From an uncultured delta proteobacterium (GTDB lineage Bacteria > Desulfobacterota > Binatia > Binatales > Binataceae), in NCBI GenBank assembly GCA_963765675.1, contig CAVXXK010000003.1, positions 64,001-128,000 of the forward strand: a DNA stretch of 64,000 nt, written 5' to 3'. Shown piece by piece: positions 8,743 through 18,341 of the stretch. The notes beneath the pieces were generated by a model that worked only from the letters and a program-made list of their open reading frames with translations, searched no databases and was not told the origin of the DNA. Numbering within the stretch: the first letter of the stretch is position 1; each line of letters begins with the position of its first letter. The translations under genes were made by a program, and so were the position numbers.

Positions 8743-9882
8743 ATGCCATTAGTCCTGAACGACGAACAGACCATGCTCCGCGACAACACGCGCGGCTTTC
8801 TCTCCAAGAACGCGCCGGTCGCGCATCTGCGCCAGCTCCGCGACTCTCGCGACAAGACCGGCTTCTCGCGAGAGCTATGGAAAGAGATGGTCGCGATGGG
8901 CCTGTCCGGAATCCTGGTGCCTGCCGATTACGGCGGACTCGGCCTCGGCAACGTGGAAGCGGGAATCGTGATGGAGGAGCTCGGGCGCAATCTCACTCCT
9001 TCGCCGTTTCTCTCGACTGCCGTCATCGCCGCCAGCGCTATTACTCATGCCGGAAGCGAAAAGCAAAAGCGCGACTATCTGCCGCGAATCGTGAGCGGCG
9101 CTCTGATCGCGACGCTCGCCGTTGATGAGACCGCGAAGCATCGCCCGGAAAAAATCGCACTGAAGGCTACCCGCTCCGGAAATAATTTCGTGCTCGACGG
9201 CGAAAAAATCTTCGTCCTCGACGGCCACGTCGCCGATCTGCTGATCGTCGCGGCGCGCACATCCGGCGCATCAGGCGACCGCAAGGGAATTACGCTGTTC
9301 CTCGTCGACGCGAAAGCAAAAGGCGTCGCCGCCGAGCGCATCGAGACCGTCGATAGCCACAACGCCGCGCGCATCCGCTTCAGCAAAGTGAACGTCGGCG
9401 CCGACGCGGTGCTCGGCGAGATCGACGCCGGATGGAAACTGCTGGAAGGCGCGCTCAACGCGGGTCGCGCGGCAGTCGCCGCCGAACTCTCCGGCCTCGC
9501 CGACCAGGCGTTCGCGATCACGGTCAGCTACCTGAAAGAGCGCAAACAGTTCGGCAAGGTGATCGGACAGTTCCAGGCGCTGCAGCATCGCGCTGCCGTG
9601 CTCTACTGCGATCTCGAACTAACCCACGCGGCGGTCTTGAAGGCGCTGCAAACCCTCGACGAATCATTCGACACCGCCGGCGCGATCGTCTCGGTCGCCA
9701 AGGCCAAGGCCGGCGCCACCGCGACGCTCGCGGTGCAGGAAGGCGTGCAGATGCATGGCGGAATCGGGATGACCGATGAATTCGACATCGGGCTGTTCAT
9801 GAAGCGAGCGCGCGTCGGGCAGGAACTTTTCGGCGACGCGAATTTTCACGCCGACCGGCTCGCCCGTATGAACCGCTACTGA
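8743..9882 (+). CDS. Acyl-CoA dehydrogenase, partner subunit (PimD/FadE27-like)
   Basis: RKQFGKVIGQFQALQH, VQMHGGIGMT; lacks the C-terminal GGTxE motif. Confidence 0.92.
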   Translation: MPLVLNDEQTMLRDNTRGFLSKNAPVAHLRQLRDSRDKTGFSRELWKEMVAMGLSGILVPADYGGLGLGNVEAGIVMEELGRNLTPSPFLSTAVIAASAITHAGSEKQKRDYLPRIVSGALIATLAVDETAKHRPEKIALKATRSGNNFVLDGEKIFVLDGHVADLLIVAARTSGASGDRKGITLFLVDAKAKGVAAERIETVDSHNAARIRFSKVNVGADAVLGEIDAGWKLLEGALNAGRAAVAAELSGLADQAFAITVSYLKERKQFGKVIGQFQALQHRAAVLYCDLELTHAAVLKALQTLDESFDTAGAIVSVAKAKAGATATLAVQEGVQMHGGIGMTDEFDIGLFMKRARVGQELFGDANFHADRLARMNRY

Positions 9883-10607
9883 TGAGCGCGGGATTTCAGT
9901 CCCGCGGCTTCCTGGACAGCGCCGAGCTCTACGACGCGATCTATCATTTCAAAAATTACGCGCGCGAATGCGAACATCTGCGCGGCGTGATCGACGCGGC
10001 CGTTCCGGGCGCGCACACGCTCCTCGACGTCGCATGCGGCACCGGAGCGCACTCGCAATTCCTGAAAAATCATTACGCGGTTGACGGGATCGATCAGAAC
10101 GAAGATTACCTGCGCGCCGCGCGGCTGAAGAATCCTGCTGGAAACTACGCTCGTGACGACATGACCGGCTTCGAGCTCGGCCGCACCTACGACGCCGTCA
10201 CCTGCCTGTTCAGCGCGATCGGCTACGTCGGTACTCTCGAGCGCCTGAACCGCGCCGTTGCCGCGATGGCGCGGCATGTGCGTCCGGGCGGCGTCCTGAT
10301 CATCGAGCCGTGGCTGACTCCCGACGCATGGAAACCGGGCTCGCAGTTTATCCATACGGGACAACTGCCCGACGGACTCGTGTGCAGGATGAGCCAGAGC
10401 GGCCAGGCAGGGAATCTATCGGTACTGCAATTGCACTATCTGCGCGGCAGCGTTCGCGGTATCGAGCACTTCAGCGAGCGGATGGAGCTCGCTCTGTTCA
10501 CTCGCGCCGAGATGACGGCCGCGTTCGACGCGGCCGCAATGGAAGTCAGCTACGACAGCGAGGGCCTGATGGGCCGCGGACTGTACATCGCCCGCCATCG
10601 TACGTGA
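9882..10607 (+). CDS. Class I SAM-dependent methyltransferase (TylM1/DesVI-like)
   Basis: AELYDAIY..KNY, LLDVACGTGAH, YDAVTCLFSAIGY, PGGVLIIEPW; TGATG overlap with upstream stop. Confidence 0.88.
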   Translation: MSAGFQSRGFLDSAELYDAIYHFKNYARECEHLRGVIDAAVPGAHTLLDVACGTGAHSQFLKNHYAVDGIDQNEDYLRAARLKNPAGNYARDDMTGFELGRTYDAVTCLFSAIGYVGTLERLNRAVAAMARHVRPGGVLIIEPWLTPDAWKPGSQFIHTGQLPDGLVCRMSQSGQAGNLSVLQLHYLRGSVRGIEHFSERMELALFTRAEMTAAFDAAAMEVSYDSEGLMGRGLYIARHRT

Positions 10608-10612
10608 TCTGG

Positions 10613-11881
10613 CTATATGGCGACAGATTGCGCCGGCGGTGCGAATTGTTCCTGCTCGCGCTCGAGCGGCCGCACCCAGAGCATCGCGAGCGCGCACATT
10701 ATGAGCATCACAATGAACGCCATGATCGCGAGCGCGTAGCTGCCGGTCACGTCGAAAATTCTTCCGGTCGCGATCGGGCTCGCGAACGCGCCAAAGGTGT
10801 AGAACACCCCCGTGATTCCAAGCACCGAGCCGAGCCGCTTGACCCCAAGCGATTCGATCATCACCAGCGGCATCTGCACCGCGAATGCGCCCGCCGCGAA
10901 TCCTCCCGCGACGATATTCAGCCCGAGCGCAAGCACGTGCGACGCACCGAGCATCCCGAACATCCCGGCCGTCGCACCCGCGAACGTGATCACCATCGCG
11001 ATCCGCGCGCCGGCGCGATCGGCGAGCGGACCGCCGAAGAGCGTGCCCGCGGTCGTTCCGATCAGGTAGAGGCTCACCGCGGTCGCGGCGAGCGTGGGCG
11101 TGTAACCGATTCCGGTCAGGTACGCGATAAAATGCGCGCCCATCCCGGTCGTCAGACCAGCGAGCGCTTGAATCAGGCAGATTAGCCAGAACGATCGAGT
11201 CCGGCGCGCCTGCGCGAGCTCGAGTCCGGGCAACACGATCGGAGGCGCGGCGGCGCGAGCACGCGAATCCGCGTCGCCGTGGCCGCGCGCAATGTTGCGT
11301 GCATCAGCGGATTTGGTGGTCTGCACGAAAATCAAGATCGATGGAACCACGACCAGCAGAATCGGAAGCGCGAGCACGATATATCCGAAGCGCCAATCTT
11401 TCGCTTGAATCGAGTAACTGGCAATCATCGTCATCGCGGCTCCGCCAAGCGTCGCGCCGGAAAATGCGATCCCCATCGCGAGTCCGCGCCGCGCCTGAAA
11501 CCATCCTGCGATAATCAGCGTGATAGGAATCGTGGTCGAAGCACCGACGCAGATCCCGAACAGCCCGTTGATCACGAGGAACTCGGAAAAAGTCGTCGCC
11601 TGGCTAAGCCCGAGCCACAACAGGCCCACGATCGTGGCGCCGACGATCATCATCTTTTTGGGATTCACGCGGTCGGCGATCATTCCGATGAGCGGTCCCG
11701 CCGCGCCGCCGGTTATCCATCCGATCGAGACCGCGACCGAGAGCTTCGCGCGAGTCCATCCGAAGGTCTTGAGCACCGGGACAAAGAACACCGCGCCGCA
11801 ATTGATTCCGCCCCAGATGAAAAACATCGTGACGAAAATCGCGCCAACGATGATCCATCCCTGCCGTTCTCGAATCGTCAT
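10613..11881 (-). CDS. MFS transporter
   Basis: About 12 TM helices, GMIADRVNPK and GPLADRAGAR loops; GGGAG RBS. Confidence 0.92.
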   Translation of the reverse strand: MTIRERQGWIIVGAIFVTMFFIWGGINCGAVFFVPVLKTFGWTRAKLSVAVSIGWITGGAAGPLIGMIADRVNPKKMMIVGATIVGLLWLGLSQATTFSEFLVINGLFGICVGASTTIPITLIIAGWFQARRGLAMGIAFSGATLGGAAMTMIASYSIQAKDWRFGYIVLALPILLVVVPSILIFVQTTKSADARNIARGHGDADSRARAAAPPIVLPGLELAQARRTRSFWLICLIQALAGLTTGMGAHFIAYLTGIGYTPTLAATAVSLYLIGTTAGTLFGGPLADRAGARIAMVITFAGATAGMFGMLGASHVLALGLNIVAGGFAAGAFAVQMPLVMIESLGVKRLGSVLGITGVFYTFGAFASPIATGRIFDVTGSYALAIMAFIVMLIMCALAMLWVRPLEREQEQFAPPAQSVAI

Positions 11882-11960
11882 GCGGCTCCCCGCGCGAGCG
11901 ATCGCCCACGCGGACCGGATAGTAGCACGGGTCCCGCAAAGCACCACTCGGCGGAATCAA

Positions 11961-13502
11961 TCAAAGCATCGCTTCGATCAGACTCGGTCCCGGCTCCTTG
12001 AGCGCGCGTTCGAGATGCTTCACCAGGTCGTCCGCAGTCTCGACTCTCACGCCCGGCACTCCGAGGCCTCGCGCGAGATCGGTCCATCGGATCTCCGGTG
12101 GATGAAGCTCCGTCAAACTGCGCGCCTGTCGTCCCGGCTCGGCGTTGCCCGCACGCGCCGCCTCGATCTGCAAAATCCGGTAGGCGCGATTCGAGCAGAC
12201 GATCGTCGTGACATTCAATTGCTCGCGCGCCTGCGTCCACAGCGCCTGCACGGTGTACATCCCGCTGCCGTCGGCTTGCAGAGCGATCACGCGCCGATCG
12301 GGGCACGCTACCGCCGCGCCCGTCGCGGTCGGGAAACCCTGCCCTATCGCGCCTCCAGTGAGCGCGAGGCACGTATGCGGCCGCGCGAAGGCGGCCATCG
12401 CGCCGTAGGGACCCCCCGAGGTCGCGCCTTCATCGACGACTATTGCGCCATCAGGCTGAAGCGCGGCGAGTGCTGCGCCGAGGCTAGCCGGATTGAGCTT
12501 CCCGCTCGGCATGGCGGGACGTTTCGCGGTGGGCACCTGAGCATCGGCCGACGCGCCGAGAGCGCGCGCGAGCTCGTCGAGCGCGCCTGCGATATCTTCC
12601 TCGGGCCGAGCGAGCGTCTCGAGCTCACAACCCTCGGGAACAAGCCGGCTCGGGATTCCCCGATAGCCGAAGAACGCGACCGGATCTTTCGCACCCGCAA
12701 GCACGACAAATTCGTTTCCGGTCAGCGCCTTGATCGCCTGCTCGGGAAAATACGGCAGACGCTCGGGTGACGGAATTCCCGCGCCGCGCTCGATTCGCGC
12801 GGCGAACGTTTCAACCATCAACTTGCATCCGCTCGCCGCCGAAACGCGCGCGGCGGCACGCAGTCCCTTCTCGGACAGCGCTGCGCCGCCAAGGAGGATC
12901 GTGAGGGGGCGCTTGCGCCGCAGAAATTCCGCGATACGCTCGATCGTCTGTCCCGCCACCGCCTCTCGCCCCACGGGAACTCGGGGCTGCGCCGGGCTCT
13001 CGGCCGGATCCCACTGGCAATCGGAGGGAACGATCAGCGTCGCGACCTGGCCCGGCGGCTTGAGCGAGGCCGCGATCGCGTCGGCCACGTCGCCGGCGAG
13101 CGCGAGCGCCGACCTGCACGAGCGCACCCATCCGGACATCGGCGAGGCGAGCGACACGATATCGCTAGCGAGCGGAGCATCGGCGAACGCATGCCAGGTG
13201 GCGTGATCGCCGACCACGTTCACGAGCGGAGTATTCGCGCGCCGCGCGTTGTGCAGATTAGCCAGTCCGTTGGCGAGGCCAGGCCCGAGATGCAACAGCG
13301 TCATCGCGGGTTTGCCGCTCATCCGTGCGTATCCGTCCGCGGCTCCGGTGCACACGCCCTCGAACAGCGCGAGCACCGCACGCATCCCGGGCGCGGAATC
13401 GAGCGCGGCTACCAGCGGCATCTCGGTCGTTCCAGGATTGGCGAAGCAGACGCCCACGCCGGCCGCGACCGCTGTGCGAATCAGGCTCTCTGCGCCGTTC
13501 AT
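11961..13502 (-). CDS. ThDP-dependent enzyme (acetolactate synthase large subunit-like/decarboxylase family)
   Basis: FANPGTTE, LFEGVCTGAADGYAR, ADGSGMY...N ThDP motif. Confidence 0.92.
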   Translation of the reverse strand: MNGAESLIRTAVAAGVGVCFANPGTTEMPLVAALDSAPGMRAVLALFEGVCTGAADGYARMSGKPAMTLLHLGPGLANGLANLHNARRANTPLVNVVGDHATWHAFADAPLASDIVSLASPMSGWVRSCRSALALAGDVADAIAASLKPPGQVATLIVPSDCQWDPAESPAQPRVPVGREAVAGQTIERIAEFLRRKRPLTILLGGAALSEKGLRAAARVSAASGCKLMVETFAARIERGAGIPSPERLPYFPEQAIKALTGNEFVVLAGAKDPVAFFGYRGIPSRLVPEGCELETLARPEEDIAGALDELARALGASADAQVPTAKRPAMPSGKLNPASLGAALAALQPDGAIVVDEGATSGGPYGAMAAFARPHTCLALTGGAIGQGFPTATGAAVACPDRRVIALQADGSGMYTVQALWTQAREQLNVTTIVCSNRAYRILQIEAARAGNAEPGRQARSLTELHPPEIRWTDLARGLGVPGVRVETADDLVKHLERALKEPGPSLIEAML

Positions 13503-14350
13503 CAGTCTTCGCTCCTTCGCGAATCCGAGCCCAGCGCGACGCGCCTGACTTCGGCGGTGTCGCTGCCGAGATGGCCCACCTGATGCGCGGGTGCCGGAGC
13601 CTCGACCACGCGGTTTGCGAGCCGTCCGAGTCCGGTAACTTCGACCTCGACCAGGTCTCCGACGTTCATTGGGCGCGAGTTCTTAGGCGTGCCGGAAAGA
13701 ATCACGTCGCCGGGAAGCAGAGTGATATACCTGCACAGGTCGGCGAGTATATAGTCAATTGGAAATAGCATTTCCGATACAGGCCCGTCCTGAACTATAT
13801 TTCCGTTGATATAGGTATGTACTGATGATTTGCGGATATCGACGCCACTGACGATTCCGGGACCGATCGGGCAGAAACCGTCCTGCCCCTTGACCCGCAG
13901 CATCGAGCCGGCGTCGGTGCCGCGAAAGTCCTGGCATCCGACGTCGTTGGCGGGCGCGAAGCCGGCGATATAGTCCCACGCGTCGGCGCGGCCGACGTTG
14001 CGCATCGGCTTGCCGATAATCACCGCAACCTCGCCTTCGTAGTTGAGGTACTTGGTCCCGACCGGACGACTGAGCGAGCCGCGGTGCGAGTTCAGTGCGG
14101 TGACGGGCTTCTGGAAGTAGGTCGGCGTTTCGATCGCGGGTGCGCGGAATTCCACCCGCCGCGATTCGTAATTCAGATGGATGCAAAGAATCTTGCTCGG
14201 ATCGCAGGGTGGTAGATAGGTCGCCTCGGCATCGGCGATCGTGCGCCCGTCGCCGAGAATCAGGCGGTCATGCTCGGGCCGCACCCATTTTGGCTGTCCC
14301 TCGTGCAACACGCGGCGCCATTCCTGGCGCGGCCCATCGAGTACGCTCAT
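13502..14350 (-). CDS. Fumarylacetoacetate hydrolase family protein
   Basis: SKILCIHLNY, FQKP, NYEGEV, NDV, KGQDGFCPIGP, LLPGDVILSGTP. Confidence 0.92.
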   Translation of the reverse strand: MSVLDGPRQEWRRVLHEGQPKWVRPEHDRLILGDGRTIADAEATYLPPCDPSKILCIHLNYESRRVEFRAPAIETPTYFQKPVTALNSHRGSLSRPVGTKYLNYEGEVAVIIGKPMRNVGRADAWDYIAGFAPANDVGCQDFRGTDAGSMLRVKGQDGFCPIGPGIVSGVDIRKSSVHTYINGNIVQDGPVSEMLFPIDYILADLCRYITLLPGDVILSGTPKNSRPMNVGDLVEVEVTGLGRLANRVVEAPAPAHQVGHLGSDTAEVRRVALGSDSRRSED

Positions 14351-15009
14351 TTCTTTTTCTCCTGCCGGCTCTCGTGCGCTGTCTTGCGATCGTTCATGAT
14401 TCCGACGAGCTGCATTTCGATCATCTGCCGAAGCGATGGACTTTGTCCACCGGGCGACGGCGCGCCGCCACCAAGCCATATGACCATAAACGAGAAGTAG
14501 AGCGCGAACAGGTTGAACCCGAGCAACGCCGCGTCGACGCTCGCCGCAATTTCGCCTCGGCGCTGCGCACGTTCGATCAGCTCCTTCATTTTCGTGAAGT
14601 AGCTGGCCATCACCGCGTCAACGCCATGGCGCCCGTCGCGCACGAATGCGAGCTCGCGGGCGAAGATTCGCGACAGCTCGAGCTCGCGCTCATTCTGCGC
14701 CAACATCGCGTTGAATACATGCATCGCCTGACCGAGAAATCCAGACTTGGGCGCCGTTGCGAAAGCGCGATCGATCGTCCGCCCGAAGTCTTCCTGGAAC
14801 ACCATCACCAGCAGTTGTTCCTTCGAGCTGGCGTGAAAGAACAGTGTACCCTTGCCGACGTCGGCCAGTGCGGCGATCTCGCCGGTGGTGGTCGCCTCGA
14901 ATCCCTTGGCCGAGAATAGCGTCCGTGCGGCGCGGATCAGACGCTCGCGCTTGTCTTGCTTGTTGCGCTCGGCGCGGCCGACTTCCCGCAATCTCGCTGC
15001 GGCTGGCAT
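14347..15009 (-). CDS. TetR family transcriptional regulator
   Basis: N-terminal HTH LFSAKGFEATTTGEIAALADVGKGTLFFH. Confidence 0.92.
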   Translation of the reverse strand: MPAAARLREVGRAERNKQDKRERLIRAARTLFSAKGFEATTTGEIAALADVGKGTLFFHASSKEQLLVMVFQEDFGRTIDRAFATAPKSGFLGQAMHVFNAMLAQNERELELSRIFARELAFVRDGRHGVDAVMASYFTKMKELIERAQRRGEIAASVDAALLGFNLFALYFSFMVIWLGGGAPSPGGQSPSLRQMIEMQLVGIMNDRKTAHESRQEKKK

Positions 15010-16073
15010 CACGATACCGCCGCGTCCGCATCCGGCGCCGCGCCGACGAGGCCTGCCTCGGCACGGATCAGTTCGTCCATCATGCGATGGAACTGCGCGA
15101 CGCCGCTATCGATCGCGATCGTCACCATCTTCGAATCGGGCGCGAGGTTGATATTACGCTGTTGGGCTTCGATCATCGTACGGTCCTCGTTGAACGCCTT
15201 GAGCCCCAGATTATAGAACGCATCGATAAGCTCCGCCTCCTTGGTCCACGGTCCGTACGCGAAGATGTAGCACGCACGATCGTCGGTCAGCGGAGTCACC
15301 GCCTGGCAAGTGAACTGGCGATGCAGCGGCTCGACCTCGCGCGGCTCGCCGTCCGGAAACATCCGCGCCGTGCCCTCCGGATAAAAATCCGCGCCCAACA
15401 GAAAGATGCCGGGGACCACAAAGTCGTAGGTCTGCCAGATATCGGTCCGTGCGTTTCTAATCGAGGCCATCATCTGGGACGGCCCGCTGCTGATCCAGTT
15501 CTGAACCCTGACGCCACGAGGCATCCGGGTAATGACCGGGCGCGAGGTGCCTTCGGGGGTCAGAGTCGCGCCGAGACTGTTTCGATGCAGGAATGCGATA
15601 TGGGAAAGATCGAGCAGGTTGTCATTAATAAGATTGTAGTTGGCGTTGTAGTCCATCCGGCCGGGCTTCATCGCCCATCGCGGATCGTCAACACCGACAA
15701 AGTCTGGTATCAGCCTCTCATCACAGGTTTGAGTATCGCCCATCCAGATCCACGCGACTGAGTATTTGTCCACGATCGGAAAAGACCGAACGCAAGCCTG
15801 CGGCGGAATCTTTGCCTGTCCGGGAATTTCGATACACTTACCCGACGGCGCGAATTTGAGCCCATGGTACATGCAGCGCAGAGCGTCGCCCTCCAGCCGC
15901 CCCATCGATAGCGGGGCGAAGCGATGACAGCATCGATCCTGCAGCGCGACCGGAGCGCCGTCGTCGGTGCGATAGATCACGATCGGCTCATTCAGCATCG
16001 TGACGGGCGTGAGCCGCCCCGGCTCGAAGTCCTTACTCCATCCGGCCGCATACCAACAATTTCTGACAAACAT
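15009..16073 (-). CDS. Rieske non-heme iron oxygenase, VanA-like
   Basis: MFVRNCWY start; Rieske CCH...CMYH; DNLLDLSHIAFLH iron motif; GGAGGAGG RBS. Confidence 0.93.
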   Translation of the reverse strand: MFVRNCWYAAGWSKDFEPGRLTPVTMLNEPIVIYRTDDGAPVALQDRCCHRFAPLSMGRLEGDALRCMYHGLKFAPSGKCIEIPGQAKIPPQACVRSFPIVDKYSVAWIWMGDTQTCDERLIPDFVGVDDPRWAMKPGRMDYNANYNLINDNLLDLSHIAFLHRNSLGATLTPEGTSRPVITRMPRGVRVQNWISSGPSQMMASIRNARTDIWQTYDFVVPGIFLLGADFYPEGTARMFPDGEPREVEPLHRQFTCQAVTPLTDDRACYIFAYGPWTKEAELIDAFYNLGLKAFNEDRTMIEAQQRNINLAPDSKMVTIAIDSGVAQFHRMMDELIRAEAGLVGAAPDADAAVS

Positions 16074-16137
16074 TGGGCACCCTCCTCCGCCAATTTGGCG
16101 CTGCATGCGCTCGATGTGATCCGGGTACCACAGAAAC

Positions 16138-16151
16138 TTGACCACAGTCAA
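16138..16151. promoter_or_regulatory. Palindromic operator upstream of the Rieske-TetR operon
   Basis: TTGAC-CACA-GTCAA overlapping a minus-strand TTGACT -35-like hexamer; second TTGACC half-site adjacent. Confidence 0.5.
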
Positions 16152-16217
16152 CTTTGACCGAGGCCGGGTATTTTGGCTGCCCGTACCGCGTCCTGCTACC
16201 GAAGCGGAAAGCAAGAT

Positions 16218-16726
16218 TTAAGGGACGAGTGCCTTGGCGAAGAACAGCGCCTGCTCGTTCGCAGCGGGCGTTCCGAGATAAAGCGTTGAGTCCGCGCCGC
16301 ACAACTCAAATCCCAGCCGCCGATAGGCGCGGATACCGGGCACATTCAGATTGCTGGTCTCAAGCCACAGATTGAGCGCGCCTATCTGCAAACCGTGCTG
16401 CGCGACGCTCCAGCAACGATCGCGCTATTCTGAGGTTTCGATAGGATCGGTCAACATAGCGATGCCAAAGAATAGCCGGCCGCCGCGAATCCACACACGC
16501 GGCCATCGTCGATCGCGAGTTGAGCAAAATCCCAGGGCCGGTTTTCGTTTTTCAAGTCGTCGAGGGGAAACCGCTTGGTGAGCGGTTGCGACAGTTCAAC
16601 TTCGCGCAGCAGGATTCCGACGGAACTGCGATCGAGCACATATATAGTGTCCGTAGAAAAACTGATGTCCATTTTCGTGATTGCGTCCGCATCCGTTGGG
16701 ATTTGAGCATCTCGAAGTTCCATCAT
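16218..16726 (-). pseudogene. Frameshifted streptothricin/nourseothricin acetyltransferase-like GNAT
   Basis: Three segments joined by frame changes: DADAITKMDISFSTDTIY..LREVELSQPLTKRFP / LWHRYVDRSYRNLRIARSLLE / LWLETSNLNVPGIRAYRRLGFELCGADSTLY..EQALFF*. Confidence 0.82.
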
Positions 16727-16786
16727 GCCAGTCACCTCGATTTTTCAAACTGAGCTGGCCACATAAATCTCCGGTCACTTTCGCTT

Positions 16787-17107
16787 TCAGCTTCCGCTGA
16801 CAAACTCGTCCATAGCCGCGTGCCTGATCGTCAATATACGAACCAACTTGCGCGATTCCTCGATTTCATAAATGACCCGGTACACGTCGCTCTTCGCGCC
16901 ATGGAGCAGATGCCGCAACCGTCGTTTGGCCGTTTTGCTCTCGGGCGCTATGGGGCATCGGCGGGGCAATTGTTCGAGCGTATAGATAGCCTTCTCGATC
17001 CCGCTTAACCAACTGGCAGCGGCCGCGGAATCGTCCGCCGAGATTCGCTGATAGAGATAGTCGAGGTCGCGCTCCGCGCGGAGCGTCAATTCAACGAGAT
17101 ACGCCAT
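16787..17107 (-). CDS. Type II toxin, RelE/ParE family
   Basis: MAYLVELTLRAERDLDYL...PRRCPIAPE...YRVIYEI...ILTIRHAA; overlaps the antitoxin stop. Confidence 0.9.
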   Translation of the reverse strand: MAYLVELTLRAERDLDYLYQRISADDSAAAASWLSGIEKAIYTLEQLPRRCPIAPESKTAKRRLRHLLHGAKSDVYRVIYEIEESRKLVRILTIRHAAMDEFVSGS

Positions 17108-17381
17108 GGCGCCGGCGCACCTCGTTGAACACGTTGCTGGCCGAGCGCGTGCGTCCGTGGACGATGTCGTCCACGCCTTGCCGGACAGCCTCGTAAACGT
17201 CGGCGCGGGCGGCGCTGTCAAGCAATCGCTGATAGGACTCAGCGTCCTGCACGACGGCCTCGGCCTTGCCATTAACGGTCAGGACGACAGGCCGTTTGCT
17301 TTTCTTCATCGCCTTGAGAAATTCTCTCGATTTCCGCCGGAAACTTGTTAGAGACTGAATATCGTTCGTAATGTCCAGCAT
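17091..17381 (-). CDS. Type II antitoxin, Phd/YefM family
   Basis: DIQSLTSFRR...RPVVLTVNGKAEAVVQDAESYQ. Confidence 0.92.
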   Translation of the reverse strand: MLDITNDIQSLTSFRRKSREFLKAMKKSKRPVVLTVNGKAEAVVQDAESYQRLLDSAARADVYEAVRQGVDDIVHGRTRSASNVFNEVRRRHGVSR

Positions 17382-17401
17382 GACTACTCCATATTGAATA
17401 A

Positions 17402-17443
17402 AGCACCTAATTAGGTGCTATCCTCATCGGAGCATTTTGTAAA
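17402..17443 (-). promoter_or_regulatory. Toxin-antitoxin promoter with perfect 18-bp operator palindrome
   Basis: AGCACCTAATTAGGTGCT (17402-17419) overlapping -10 TAGCAC; -35 TTTACA 17 bp upstream on the minus strand. Confidence 0.75.
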
Positions 17444-17484
17444 GCGAAACCTATGCACGACATAGCGTCAGCGCAGTGTGCGGC

Positions 17485-18129
17485 CTAATCCGGATTCGGA
17501 GGTGGAAAGCAAGGCACTGTCTTCACGAGAACATAGTCGTAGGACCGATCGTTCCAATTGAAGCTGCCGGTTGGCGCGCCGAAGAAGGTGGTGAGCGACG
17601 CGCGATGGTCTTGCTGCGACCACGATTCATTCTTCTCGGGCGTATACGCCATATAGACGCTCGCTGCGGGCGGAACCTCGGGCGCGAGCGGAGGATTAAA
17701 TTTCATCTGCAGGAAGTTAACCGCGGGACGCCATCCGTCGGCGCCTGTGTCATCATCGACGATCGGCTTCCACTGGACCTGCTCGAGCCCGGCGTCGGGA
17801 CGCAGCTCGCGATACTCGGGGGCGCCGGCGGCGCTCATCCGCAACTCGATAACACCCGGAGGCTCGTGCTTTAGCTGGGCGCAGGTGCCGGGCGCAGAGT
17901 CGTCGGGCGCGTTGGGATCGTCGGGCTTCGGCGCTTCGGCGACCCGCATGATACTGGCGGTGCCCTGAATCATTCCGGACGCGGTCGTCTCGGCGCCTTC
18001 GACCATAAGCGGGTACATCTGGGCCGCGGCCAGAAAGCATCCTGACACCGATAGCACTGCGCCAGCAGCCACGAGAAGTATTGCGACGCGCGAGAGAACC
18101 TGCGCGGCGCGGCCAAGTTCCTCCACCAT
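17485..18129 (-). CDS. Hypothetical lipoprotein
   Basis: Signal peptide ending LSVSGC; two further Cys; typical codon usage. Confidence 0.7.
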   Translation of the reverse strand: MVEELGRAAQVLSRVAILLVAAGAVLSVSGCFLAAAQMYPLMVEGAETTASGMIQGTASIMRVAEAPKPDDPNAPDDSAPGTCAQLKHEPPGVIELRMSAAGAPEYRELRPDAGLEQVQWKPIVDDDTGADGWRPAVNFLQMKFNPPLAPEVPPAASVYMAYTPEKNESWSQQDHRASLTTFFGAPTGSFNWNDRSYDYVLVKTVPCFPPPNPD

Positions 18130-18205
18130 AGCCCGTCCACCCGGACGGAAGCATAGCACGGCACCGAGAGCGAGGCTTCGTGACCGACAGCTACCGCGAC
18201 GCGAT

Positions 18206-18234
18206 TTGACAGCAGTGAAAGTGGGCCATAGGAT
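18206..18234 (+). promoter_or_regulatory. Sigma70 promoter of tRNA-Gly
   Basis: TTGACA-17 bp-TAGGAT ending 10 bp before the tRNA. Confidence 0.8.
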
Positions 18235-18244
18235 TCGCGGCAGA

Positions 18245-18319
<75 letters not shown>

Positions 18320-18341
18320 TCCGCTATCAATCGAGTGAACT

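Noticed and set aside
11520-12770. 416-aa plus-strand ORF (similarly 37029-38282 minus, 38176-39243 minus and 53156-55140 plus)
   Set aside because: Each lies opposite a well-supported gene and has no recognisable domain or RBS.
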